This document shows positions 1 to 11,545 of a stretch of 64,000 nucleotides of DNA, piece after piece. Source of the stretch: Chiloscyllium plagiosum (taxonomy: Eukaryota); assembly GCF_004010195.1 (NCBI RefSeq), contig NC_057751.1, positions 17,424,435-17,488,434 on the forward strand, in the 5' to 3' direction. The notes under the pieces are model-generated. The model was not told the origin of the DNA and did not search any database. It saw only the letters and a program-made list of their open reading frames with translations. A program made the position numbers and the translations under genes. Position 1 is the stretch's first letter; each line of letters opens with the position of its first letter.

Positions 1-700
1 GCTGTTTACAGAGATCGAAACAAATATAGGACAGATGTCCTGACTTAGAGGAACCACACACATTTGTCAACTAATTGACAGGGCAAAACACGGTTCAGCA
101 AGTAAGCCACATGCTCAAGCAATACATCACAGTGGGGAAATAGATAGCACGCAAACTATGACACCTTGAACACAAAAGCTACGCTTCAGCATTACCTCCT
201 CGGGAGATATGAATTAACCTACGTGTAGGATACTGTAACACAGCCTCTCACAGCTGCATTTGAAGTACGATTGTTCTGCTGAGTGAGACACACTTAAGCA
301 AAACGGGTCCTTAACCGGGAGGGAAGTCACAGCCAGGAAAATTGCTTTGACAATCCGTCGTTTTTCTTTCCACAACCAAAGAAACTGCTTTGGAGCATCA
401 GCATAAGGGGCAATGTGGCCAAGGCCAGGTGGTTGTCTGGAAGGGTAGGTTTGGTACTGGATAGGTAGAGTTCAGAATCTGACGGGTCAGCGCAGTTAGG
501 GTCGGGAGTCCGGGGCTCAGTGCCAGTGCAGGGATTTATTGCGAGGGGGTTTTGACCTGCTGGGCTGATAATGGCAATGAAAGCAGCAACAGTGAGCCAA
601 AACGCACTTAACAAAAGTAGAAAATACCACGAGATGCACTAAAACAATAACAAAGTCAATAAGCACTTGTAGGTGAGCGCTGCCCCAGGACACGAGCCAC
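1..700 (-). pseudogene. env: ERV env 5' part (signal peptide plus start of SU), decayed
   Basis: Lies directly after the IN C-terminal WxHxxxCK motif. Hydrophobic stretch FLLLLSAFWLTVAAFIAIISPAGQ followed by Cys/Pro-rich sequence (ORF 327-614). The call rests mainly on position. Confidence 0.5.
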
Positions 701-759
701 AAGCCCACTGAATTCCACTAGTCCACCGGAAGCCTAGTTCCCTCTGACCTGGTACTCAT

Positions 760-3220
760 TTGCATCCAGTTCCGTGCGTCCATTTGAATCATTCTTTGGC
801 TTTGACTGCTGTGCGGGTGGCTAGCGCCGTCCCAACTAGGCTTCAGTTTTCCACGGACCTAGTTCTTAGGCTTGGCATGCCTGTGAATATACACTTTGGA
901 ATGTTTTAGTCAACTTATCCAGATATTTCCCACTTGTCAACAACTGTTGTGGCAGTAGTATCTATCATTGGGATGGTTCAGATTCATCTACAGAAGACTT
1001 TTATGAGACAACATTCACAACAAAGTACTCGAGATAATTCTATAAAATCAAGTTACTGTAAAGATAAAGGGCACCAGGCAAGGGAGCGGATATAGAATCC
1101 TCCTTTTCCAAGTGTGTACAACTACACACAGAATCAGCTAAATTGGGAAAAGCAAAGAAGGAACACAAACGTGTCCCACATGGATCACCAATAACTTGGC
1201 ATGAGTATCGAAGGAGCACCCCATTTGAGTACATAGTTTGTTATCTTCAGCCGAGACCACTCTCATGATTTCGATATTTAACCAAGGTCTTGTGTACCCA
1301 CCATTATACTGTCTCTAACCAAGTTTTCGTGGGAACTCAATTGGATCAGAAGTTTGGAATGTAAGACTGCTTGCTTGACAGCAACATCTATCCAATCATT
1401 TCCTTTGAAGACTGTATCAGTTGCCTCAGCGTAAGCCAAACATTATGATAGCTTTCAGACTAGTCGGAAAAAGAAACAACACTACTAATAGTTTATCCCG
1501 TGGTGGTTTAATCCTCTAAGTTATCACAAGCCTCGGTAACACCTCAAAAGCACATCGAGAGTCAATCTCTTTTTGCAGCTTTTCCTTTCAATAGGATGGA
1601 AGCATGTCGAACCTCGTGTTAGTTCCGAGGTAACAATAAGGAATCTTCACATCCCAGTGGTCATATTTCCACAGTTAATGCGAAGACTGTCATTTCTCCC
1701 TGGGGGATTTCGCTGTCATGTTCCTAGTCGCAAAGTTGGAGTACTGTGGGATACCTGCTCAAATTTCAAAGGTCCCTTCGGGAAAGCCTCGCTCAACAGT
1801 GGTTGCTGATGGGCATTTGAGGTACCTTCAGTCCCCAGAATGTATGCTGGTCCCAATCAATCTCTTCAGAATTGACACATGGTGTTTTGGGGACGCAAGC
1901 TCGCTGGACATATTCAGTTGTTCCTGTAATTTGGATCGTGGCTTGGTCTAGTTCTGGCTTTACCATTAGAAGACCAATGCTCAACTCATTTGTGATCAGA
2001 AATTCTTAGACGAGTTCATACTGTTTGTCTGAATCATGATGGCAACACCAGATGTAGTATAGTAAAAAGCAAATTATTAAACAAACGTGTGTCAGCTTCT
2101 CGATTAAAGACGAGTCATCTGCAAATGTTCCATAACAGGCAAAAAAACTCTCCGAAGAATCCTCTCCTAACTCCGAAAGTTTGAATTTGCTTTTCCATAT
2201 GTCACTAATATTCGCAGGCTATTCTTAGGCTCACATTAATGACTGGTTTAAGTGGTCCGCCTGGTCATCATTGTTGGGGCATCTCTTCTTCAAACCCTCG
2301 TAACTGGGAACATTCCTTTCGGGTGGCAATTACATCCGAATAGTTCTTCGGACATAATGAGCAAGTTGGGCCGTTTGCTACTTGCAGTCATGGCCTTGGT
2401 TCATGAACATTACTCTGCTTTTCGAGACAGCCCCTGTTTAAAGATGGCTTACACACGACCATGATGTCGACTACGAAGCCAGTTAGCGATACTGGACCCT
2501 TCATCTGCTGAGAACGGAGTCTCACTTTCCATTATATCACCGACTTTGTTTGCCAATAGGATGTGCAATGCCCAATTTGTTTTAAGATTCGGCACAGGTG
2601 AACATTAATCAGTACAGCCATGATTCTCACCAATAATGAGACAATGACAAGATCACTGACAATGTATGAAGGTTTTAAAACTAATTGATCTTACCAATTA
2701 ATCCAGATTATGTAAGTCAGGACTATTCTGAATGGTTTTAAAATATTGACTAATATAAACATATTATTAACGAGAGATGGCCGCTCAACAAGTGTCGAAG
2801 ACACTTCACTGTTAATGAATAAGACCAAACAGATTTCAAAGACACAAAAAATATTCAAATCTGCTTCGTGTTGCAGACATGAAGTTGCATCGGGATTGGT
2901 CTATTCAGTGCATATCGCACCCAACTATTAATTCGCAAGGATTCTTCCTTTTGAGTATGAATATGGTCAAGACAGTTCAATATAAAAGGGAAATTCGGCC
3001 TTCATAAACCAGTTTCACAACATAAAATGCACACAGTTTCCAACACTGAAATCCATTATAATTTGCTGGTTCTAGTTTCTCAATTTAAGTGCAGCAGTTT
3101 TAAAATTATTTGGAACCAAACGAGTCCAAAACAAAAGCTGCTGGTTTGCAATTCTTAGATCTATCTTTATACTGGCAGTTTTAAAAATTTTTAATGAAAT
3201 TATGTACGGTTCACCATAAT
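760..3220 (-). pseudogene. pol: ERV pro-pol remnant (PR, RT, tether, RNase H, IN) with internal deletions, stops and frameshifts
   Basis: Motifs as listed for the ERV. The RNase H and IN matches are the strongest. The IN catalytic core after the first Asp appears largely deleted. Confidence 0.85.
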
Positions 3221-3299
3221 TCCTCCACTTTACGAGCAAACGTTAGAGTTTGAGATGATTTTCCTCAATGTTCGGTTTAGGTTATTTTTAAGAAATGAG

Positions 3300-4330
3300 C
3301 AGGCACCCGTCTTCATCCAGGAACATAATCATTCTGCACCGACTGCATGGGTTATTGCTGTCGCTTTCACGTCCTTTTGTCAGTCCTTTGATGAGTCCAA
3401 GATGTGACAGTGAAAGGAGTGATATTGAATTTTAACAGGAGCGTGAATTTATGGAGGAGTTGGTAGCAGGTTTATACTTGTTTCAAATCGCGCAGAAATA
3501 TAAGCAAAAGACTTGTTAAAAGACTATAATGGCGTTTTCCTCCATAGTAATCTGATTTGAATTTCATGAAAACATAAAATATTAGGAGTTGGAAATTGAC
3601 TGATGAGTCCAAGATGTGACAGTGAAAGGAGTGATATTGAATTTTAACAGGAGCGTGAATTTATGGAGGAGTTGGTAGCAGGTTTATACTTCTTTCAAAT
3701 CGCGCAGAAATATAAGCAAAAGACTTGTTAAAAGAATATAATAGCGTTTTTCTCCATATTAATCTGATTTGAATTTCATGAAAACATAAAATATTAGGAG
3801 CTGGAAATTGACAGCAGTGCAGTCATGGTCTGTCAGAACATTCCTGGATCTCGAACTCCTGGGAACAAAACTTTAAAATTCAGTCTCCAACAAGCAATTG
3901 TGCATTCAAACTAGAATACAAAGAGTTTTTTTTTCTGCAAACGTCAGTTTCTCTGGCAAAGTTTTTTTTATTATAGTTTTTTTTAGCTTCTATTGATTCC
4001 TTGCTCGTAAGCATAATGAGACATGCACTTTCTAGAACAGTCAAAATGAAGGAGTTTCAATTCTAACAATATTTTCAAGCGAAGTTGTCCGTGACTCTAC
4101 ATTAGTCCATGACCCAGGGGGAAATACAATATAGTCTTTAGTGGTCACCCAATGTATCCAGTCAGCTAAGTCTTGACATTCTTTAGGCAAGCAATTATGA
4201 ATACTGCAGATTTGTACAAACCAATTTCAAAATGTCGTCCACTGGAGCGGATTGGGGCCTCGTGAAGCATGCCACCGAACTGAGAGTGAGCCTAAGGGCA
4301 TGTTAAGTGGAGTTTCACCTGTCATAATCC
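3300..4330 (-). pseudogene. gag: ERV gag remnant
   Basis: Lies upstream of the protease. A W..W....FP.GS matrix-like motif sits at ~4100-4170; the rest is degraded. Confidence 0.5.
3389..3812. repeat. Tandem duplication, 2 x 212 bp
   Basis: tgatgagtccaagatgtgacag...ggaaattgac occurs at 3389-3600 and again at 3601-3812, with about 6 substitutions by eye. Confidence 0.97.
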
Positions 4331-5727
4331 TGGGCAAAGAAGTGCTTTACCACCAATCGCTGTGAAACACGAGATACTTTCAGCAACATGATCTGTCCGG
4401 ACACTAGGACCCTGCTGAGTACTTGCACGAGTAAGTTGTGGCCCAAGAGTGTGAACTATAAAAACGGTTCTGACAGCATTCTGTGATTGGTCAGCATTCT
4501 GCTTGTTTGGGAAATATCAACAGCAGCAATCCCGTCTGTGACAGGAATTTGGGATAGTTAGGGGAATAAGGCGCCAGTACAGCGGGAGGGTTTTTTTAAA
4601 GGGTTCCAAGGACGATGGCCCCTATTGTAACTGAAGGGGACTGATGGTTCTTATGCACTTCTTTAAACGCAACAAGGGAATTCCCTAAATTCCGTGTTGC
4701 ATTTCTCATGTTTATTGTGGGGTTTCAGCGTCTCCTCCGTGGGGACAAAAGGACGGGGTCCGGCCTGCATAGCAGGACAAAATTACCATGTACCCGACAC
4801 TGGTGCTTCAGTCTTACATAGATATTCGAACCCATTCTCACATCCCAGTTCCTGAACGCAGATCAGTGTCATACTGGCAAATGAATAGGGTGCAAACAAA
4901 GACAATGAACAAAACAAACCAACAAGACAAAACACTGGCGCCGGGATGAATTCCTCAAGGCCTCCCCAATCCCAGCAATCATCCGAGTTTGACATTTAAA
5001 TCTGGGGATCAGCTTGCAGGCTCGGGTCATGATTAAACACTTAGCGGAATGTGTTAATTTAAGGCGATTTTCCCATTCTTCCATCTTGCCTCAATGAATC
5101 AGTCTACAGCCTCATGTCAGAATCACGCACCTAATTAATTGTCGTAATTTTCACAAGCACCACACAACACTCACATTTACTCATACATCACCTTAAATTA
5201 TTGAAGACCTTAATTCCTTGAAGCAAACCTCGAGAGGCTTGGATGCTTCATGGGGACACTACAGCCCCAGTCTGTCGCTTGGTAAGACTCTGAACTGGAG
5301 CAGAAACTAACAGGTTATGCAGAAAATAAGACACGGGCTGAGATACAGGCTGACCATTAACTACAAAGTGTCAGAATGGTCCCCGGTGGTAGCAAATCAG
5401 GGGTCAGCTCTCGGGTTCAGCCCTAACTAATGCTATACATTCCAAATGTGGGCAGCATTGAAAGTTATCATTGAAAAGAAGAACAACACACATTAGCAAT
5501 ACGTTGTAGAAAGACGTAAGATAATTAACAAGAGGAGGCGCCTTTGAGCAATTAAGTTTTACCAACCAGCAATACATCACAGTCAAAAAAAAGTATGCAT
5601 ATCGAAAGGCAGTGCATGTCCATTAGCAGAATAAGCGTTTCTGCTCTGATGCTTTATGGCTTAAAAGTAATCTGCAAACGAAGCAAGGGTGATGCGAGGA
5701 AGCCCTTCCTCCTTCGCCAAAAGGATA

Positions 5728-5740
5728 GGTCACCAAAGTG
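5728..5740 (-). promoter_or_regulatory. Possible ERV primer-binding site (tRNA-Trp-like) next to a putative 5' LTR end
   Basis: The minus strand reads ...ccgtCA-ctt-TGGTGACC. TGGTGACC matches the start of a Trp PBS, but only 8 nt match and the LTR itself is not recognisable. Confidence 0.3.
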
Positions 5741-5799
5741 ACGGGTAGGTGGAATAAATTAAAATACTCAATAAAGCATAAAGAAAGAAAAAAAATCTA

Positions 5800-6720
5800 A
5801 ACCAGGATGGACAAAATGCAAGAAATTGGCAGAGAATTGTAATGCGCATTGATCTTTACATGAAGTTCAGAAGATGAAATCCTACTCCTAGATTCTTACA
5901 ATCATGAAATCACAAAGAAATCAAAATAAAAACAGATCAAATATTCATTATGAGATTTATTTGAAGCAATGACTTAATGGCAACTGGCCAATGAAACAAC
6001 TGGATTTGAACTGAAGTTTAACAGGAGTAAATTAACAGTGATGAAACAAAGATTACTTAAAATAAATATAAGGAAATAGGTCCCGACAAAATACTGCAAC
6101 TCGAACGAACTAACAGCTTCCAAGATGCAAAGCAAGTCCCCAGATTGCTCGGAATTAACCAGAAATCTGAAACGAAGTATTGGGTGCGTGGGGTTAAAAG
6201 TTTGGTACTTTCTGGAATGACGATTCATTGCATTGCCATATTTCTTCAAAAACATCATTTAGTCTGTCAATATTTAGACTTTTCAGAAACTCCATCTTTT
6301 CCGAGCGTGCAGTGATGGTTTACCAGACTGATTCCTAGTTTGGCAGAATTTAGGTCTGAAGAAAAATTGGATCAGTTAGTGCAATATCACTGGAATTTAT
6401 ACGAATAAGATACAACTGCAGAAACTTAACAAATTCTGACAGAACGATACAGTTTAAATGTTTGAAGGACGTTCCTAATTACCAGGGAATTCAGGTTCAG
6501 AGGTGATTGTCTCAGGACACAAGGTAGGCCACTTAGGATCAAAATAAGGAGAAGACTTGACCCACTGAGTGGTGAGTCGAAAGGCGTGACGCTGAGAAAG
6601 CACTTCTTCCAGACAGTGGCGAGCCGGTGGAGTTCTCTTGAACAGATACAAGTTAAAGTGTAAACTTGAAATTCTTTAATTAAGATGTTTACTTTAGTTC
6701 TTCGACGTTATACGAAATTG
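5800..6720 (+). mobile_element. Old CR1 LINE 3' fragment
   Basis: Degenerate ERVQxxFTRLIP-type ORF2 C-terminal sequence (gagcgtgcagtgatggtttaccagactgattcct) at ~6300-6340. Confidence 0.6.
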
Positions 6721-6789
6721 AATTTTTGGGCAGGCTCGTACGTCTGAGTTGTTTCCTTCTGAGCTGTTTCTATGTTTCTATCCACGAGC

Positions 6790-7075
6790 CATTCTTTGGT
6801 ATTTGTGCATGTGACAGGGCCTGTGTGTATCTGCACGTGTAAGCGTATGTGATTTCATACGTGTGAGAGAAGCAACTGTGTCAGTGTGTGTTTCTGACTG
6901 TGTATCAATGCGAGAGAGTGTGAGCTTGTGTATTTGTGACCTGTCTAAATATGTGCAGCGATGTATAGTTTCGTGAATTGCGAGGGTGAGTGTGTGCATG
7001 TGCGTCATAGAACCATAGAATGTGTTAGTGAGGAGGTGTATGTGTGAGAGTGTGAGTGTGTATTTTTATGCGTTA
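6790..7075. repeat. Degenerate (TG)n/(GA)n-rich low-complexity tract
   Basis: Repeated gtgtgt/gagag motifs. Confidence 0.8.
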
Positions 7076-7914
7076 TGCCTGCATGCTGATATCGAAAATT
7101 TAGAATACATCTGATGCCTTCATTGTCACTTTGGTCCAGCTCAATGCGCGTGCGATGACTTAGAATCTGAATGCATCTCCCCAAACCACACTGAGATTGG
7201 TTTCTCAGTTGCTTCCTTCCATGCCCTCGATGAATGAACTGTTAACTGTGACATGTTCACACCCTTGCATGTTACACCACAAATGTGCACTGAAAGCATT
7301 TGAAATCTTTGGAAGATCCGTGTGAATCTCATGTACAATATTTGCTGGGAGTCTGTAATTTGGAGTATTATAACCTTATAATAAGCATGCAACTGCATGT
7401 TAAAATTGTTGGGGCGAACATGTTATGTAATTACTATTGAAATAATCAGGCAGTTACATTGGAAATGCAAGTAAACTGATAATTTAATGGTGTAAAGGAA
7501 AATATCTGACTTGAAATGACAGGCTCAGAATAGTTTTAAAATTCTCTCACTCAAGCTATTTCAGGTGTAGAGGAACACCACATACGGTGACTAAATTCGA
7601 CATAAGTTTACAAGCATCAAAAGCATGAGAATGTAAAACACATTTGAATCAATATTACTCTGGATTAATACAGTTCACTCCATAAAGGGAGTAACAAAGG
7701 ACGATCTAAAAAGCTACCTGGTGGTTGTGGCGGCATTCTGGTAATGTCATGACCTCATCTGTATATGCCAATTTTCTTCAGACCTGCACATGAATCACAT
7801 GTAGGCTGGTGATGAAAGTTCTGAACAAAGAAATCAACTGATTGGTGGTTGTTGAGGTATAAAATCACTGGGTTTGCTAATATCATTTTAAAAAAATGAA
7901 AGAAATAAAGCAAT

Positions 7915-7942
7915 GAAATAAATAAATAAATAAATAAATAAA
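7915..7942. repeat. (AAAT)n microsatellite
   Basis: aaataaataaataaataaataaataaa. Confidence 0.95.
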
Positions 7943-9847
7943 GGAATGTATGAAATTGTTGTCACATATATGCTACAGCGAAAAGAAAACAGTAAAATGC
8001 AGTGAAAAGCTTTTGCAATGTAGCCACCACCATCTTTGTCTTGAAGCATGTGACAACAGACTAATTGTCTTGTAATTCAAACATTGGACTGAGCAAAATT
8101 TGGTAGCCTAAATAATGATGCTCACATTATAACTCAATACATAAAACAAACCGTTCAGTGTGAGCTTTGTTTTACAACTGCATTTCGATTTTATGTCTTA
8201 TTAAATAAGGATTGGAACACATAAGCATAAATGCTTTTTGTCTATTTCCTGTGAGCTGCTCACTCCACTGTTCTGAATAGTTACTGCAATCTTCTTACAA
8301 TAAATCAAATACATCGGTGGATGCTTCATCATTCGGATTTCAGAGTCATACGAAGACGCTCCGAGTCTCCAGTAGAATAGCGAGGGGATTTTAAGAGGTA
8401 AATATTTCCTTAATTACTAACCACAAAGCGTAAGGGCCATTCATTGAGAAGTAGCTGGATATTGTGTAGCTGAATTTTCGTGACTGAAACCATGACGTTC
8501 AGCAAAGTGTCATGACTAAAAGACGATAAAATAAAAATAGTGCAACAGACAGCAACTCAGAGGGGAACCTGCAGAGAAAGAAGCAATTGATCACTCCGTC
8601 CGATGATCCAAAGTTGACACGAATCATCCCATCAACCTCTCATCATTGGGACCATTAACAAGAACTGGTTGCATTCTGTTGTCTCAGTTCAGTTGTCATT
8701 GCTGCTGCTGACACGGGAGACGCTGTTGCTGTTGCCAGTCAGATTATGCAGAGAAACGTCAACTCTCAGATGTTTTTACCACACCCAACCTTCCCAAGCC
8801 CACACATTTCCACGAAATACATCCCTCAACTGATTGCAAAACTAAAAGCCAATTCTGTCTGAGCCTGACTACCCCAATCATGATTCTTTTGTCTGATTAA
8901 AAAACATATCTCCGGGTGTTCAAAACTGTTTATGCGCATACTCTGGATATGATTTGAAGCAGCCAATGTGGCACCACTGTGGCAATACCTTGCTGCAAGA
9001 GAAACAGCACATAACGACCTCCTGAGGCACCATCACAAGTAGTGCATGTGCATCTCCTCTTCTTCCAGCAATGCCCTGCTTGAAACCTTGCAATTCATTT
9101 CCTATGAAGTACGACTGCATCTTTGGAATTGACGACATTGACATAACATTTAACTGAAGTGGCAATATTATTCAGGTTTAGTTGTAGTCAGTAGGAAAAA
9201 CGCATTCTGCTGACGGAGACGACGAAAATCAAGGTAAAAAGATCAGAGGGCAAGCGAAGATGATTCTTTCTACTCAGCGGTGATTGAGTTATTAACCTTG
9301 GATTTCCACTTGAGGGACCATAACCTACAACCCAAGAGCCAGGTAATGCAGTGATGGAATCCCGTTTGTAATCAGCAGGGGCACATTGTGCCAAACCACC
9401 TCCTTCTGTGCTGTAAACACTCTCTGATTCTATGAGCAGTTTTGTGTTCTTCCCCCACTGTAAAGACTGACTACGGGATCATACGTTGGTACCAGCAGTT
9501 AAGCCTGTCGGCCCGAAAATGTCACCAGATACTGCATCAGTTCCCAGACCAGAAACCGTAGCTTTTCCCCAGATCACATACTCCAGCTATTTTGTGCATT
9601 ATAGTCATATCATTAATGTTCATTTGTTAAAATCTGTTGCACAGTTTAGTTAAGCTGATGGATTTACATTGTACATCAGTGTTATGTGTGGCTCAGTACT
9701 GAAACAGTTGTTTTTAAATGTGAATGTTGTGTGTTATAAAACCGTGTTAGCATGCTGGCGATCAGGGTTCCTATAAATACATGGCAAGGGAGAAGATTGA
9801 TTCTTTGTCCTGTCACGATACGACATCACAAATTGCTATGTATCGGT

Positions 9848-9983
9848 CAAACCACTACAAATGCCGGAGGAAAGATCACAGAAGCGCTTTACAGGAGGCT
9901 CCCGAGCACTGAGGATGTCACCTAGACAGGGGACGAAACGTCTGCACCAGAAATTCCCAGCTCGGCGAACAGAAGCACAACAA
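9848..9983 (+). mobile_element. Penelope-like element terminal (pLTR) fragment
   Basis: Short segment containing a minimal type I hammerhead motif and ending in ...ccacaacaa-like sequence, which fits PLE termini. Confidence 0.7.
9906..9945 (+). ncRNA. Minimal type I hammerhead ribozyme
   Basis: gca-CTGAGGA-t-GTCacc tagaca ggGGAC-GAAA-C-GTC-tgc. Core CUGAnGA at 9909-9915, stem II GTC/GAC, GAAA at 9935-9938, palindromic ACGT stem III, GUC cleavage triplet at 9940-9942, and stem I gca/tgc. Confidence 0.8.
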
Positions 9984-10074
9984 TGAAAGATATCAGTTAT
10001 CATCACCAATCCTCAATTCAAATCACCACGAGCTCATCTGCAAATGGATTAACCCCTCTTCTGAAATCCAGTTA

Positions 10075-11545
10075 CGGAGTCATAGAGGCGAATAGCATAG
10101 AAACGGACCCTTTGATCAAACTTGTCTGTGCCAACCAGATAACCCAGATATTAGATTACATTAGCGAAGATTAGATTAGATTACCTACAGTGTGGAAAGA
10201 GGCCCTTCGGCACGACAAGTCCACGCCGATCCTCTGAAAAGCATACCACCTCGACCCATTCCCAACATTTATCCTTGACGAATACAACTCGCACTATGAG
10301 CAATTTAGCGTGGTCAGTTCACCTACCGTGAACATCTTTGGATAGTGGAAGTACCTGGAGCAGACCCTTGCCCACACTACTTCTTCTGTCAGCTCATTCC
10401 ATACATGTACCACCCACTGGGTGAACAAGATGCCCCTTAAGTCTCTTTTACACTTTTCCTCTCTCATTCTAAAGTTATGTCTTATAGAGAGAGTTATGAC
10501 ATTATAGAGGTTTATAAAATCAAGAGGACATGGATAGGATAAATGGACAAAGTCTCTACCCTGCGATGGTGGAGTCCAGAAATAATGTCACCCGTCAGCC
10601 TCCGACGCTCCAGGGAAAATAACCCCAGTCTATTCAACCTCCCCCATGGCTCCAATCCTTCAACCCTGGAAAAACCCTTGTAAATAATTTCTGAACCCTT
10701 TCAAGTTTCACAACATCCTTCCGTTAGGGCAAAGAACAGAGTTGCACGTAATATTCCAAAAATTGCCGAACCAATGTCCTGTATAGCTGCAACATGACCT
10801 CACAAATCCTGTACTCAATACTCCGAAAAATAAAGCAAAGCATACCAAGCGCCTTCTTCACTATCCTATCCACCTGCAAGACTGCTCACAGAAACAGATA
10901 GCATTTACTACACAGAGGGAGATAGTTTGTCATAATGTGCCCATGCGGTTTGGAAAAGGGATTCCATTCTGGCTATTGGTTTGTAGGTTATGGTCCCTCA
11001 AGTGTAAAGTGAAGCAGCTATGAACCTGCACTGCAAGGACTCTTTGTAGAGCAACAGTCCCCAGGACCTTACCATTAAGTGTATAATTTCTGCAAAGATT
11101 TGCATTCCCAAAATGCAGCATTTTGCATTTATCTAAACTAAACACCACCCTTCAACTGTTAGCCCATTGGTGCATCTGATCAAAGTTCTGTTGCAAATCT
11201 CGGGTAGCATTCTTCACTTTCCACTACATCTCCAATTTTGGTGTCATCTGCAACTTACTAACTCGACTGCTTATTCTCACATCCAAATAATCCATATAAA
11301 TGACGTAAAGTAGTGGACCCAACACCAATCCTAGTGGCACTCCACTGGTCAAAGGCCTCCAGTCTGAAAAACAACCTACCACCATGACCCGAAATGGCTA
11401 CTTCTCCTTGTATTCCAAGAGATCAAGCCTTGCTAACCCATGGACAACCTTGTCAAACGCTTTACTGAATTTCATATAGATCACTTCCACCGCTCTGCCC
11501 TCATCAATCTTCTTTGTTACTTCTTCAAAATGTTTTAAACAGATT
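10075..11545 (-). mobile_element. CR1 LINE 3' portion (RT C-terminal half and tail), interrupted by a SINE and a micro-inversion
   Basis: Minus-strand CR1 ORF2 motifs (DKCKMLHFG in ORF 10930-11148; degenerate DFSKAFDKV and KxADDTKIGD) and a CR1-type tail near 10075-10150. Confidence 0.85.
10151..10375 (-). mobile_element. HE1-type SINE, 3' part
   Basis: (ttaga)n tail plus cagtgtggaaagaggcccttcggc...aagtccac, the reverse complement of the tail of the SINE at 17592. Confidence 0.8.

Larger units (their letters stand above)
1..5740 (-). mobile_element. Degraded endogenous retrovirus (class I, epsilon/gamma-like): leader-gag-pro-pol-env; 3' end lies beyond the left edge of the window
   Basis: Manual minus-strand translation across frameshifts gives retroviral motifs in the expected order. 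Gag MA-like LADWIHWVTTKDYIVFPPGSW (~4100-4170); protease-like LDSxG (~3120) and PCELIVGCDM (~LLGRDLL, ~2910-2940); RT FVVDIMVV (~YVDDLLI, ~2455-2480) and GHxxxxxTAQL; RNase H IDSRCAFEV (1540-1566) and CLAYAEATDTVFKGNDWIDVAVKQA (1365-1445); IN LDFIEL..CCLI..FCR*I*TIP..TATTVV (940-1052); IN C-terminal LKPSWDG..LATRTAVK..WTHGTGCK (~760-850). Confidence 0.85.

Noticed and set aside
3600..3628. CTGATGA-GTC..GAC-agt-GAAA hammerhead look-alike
   Set aside because: There are three extra bases before GAAA and no stem III or stem I. The leading C arises only from the duplication junction.
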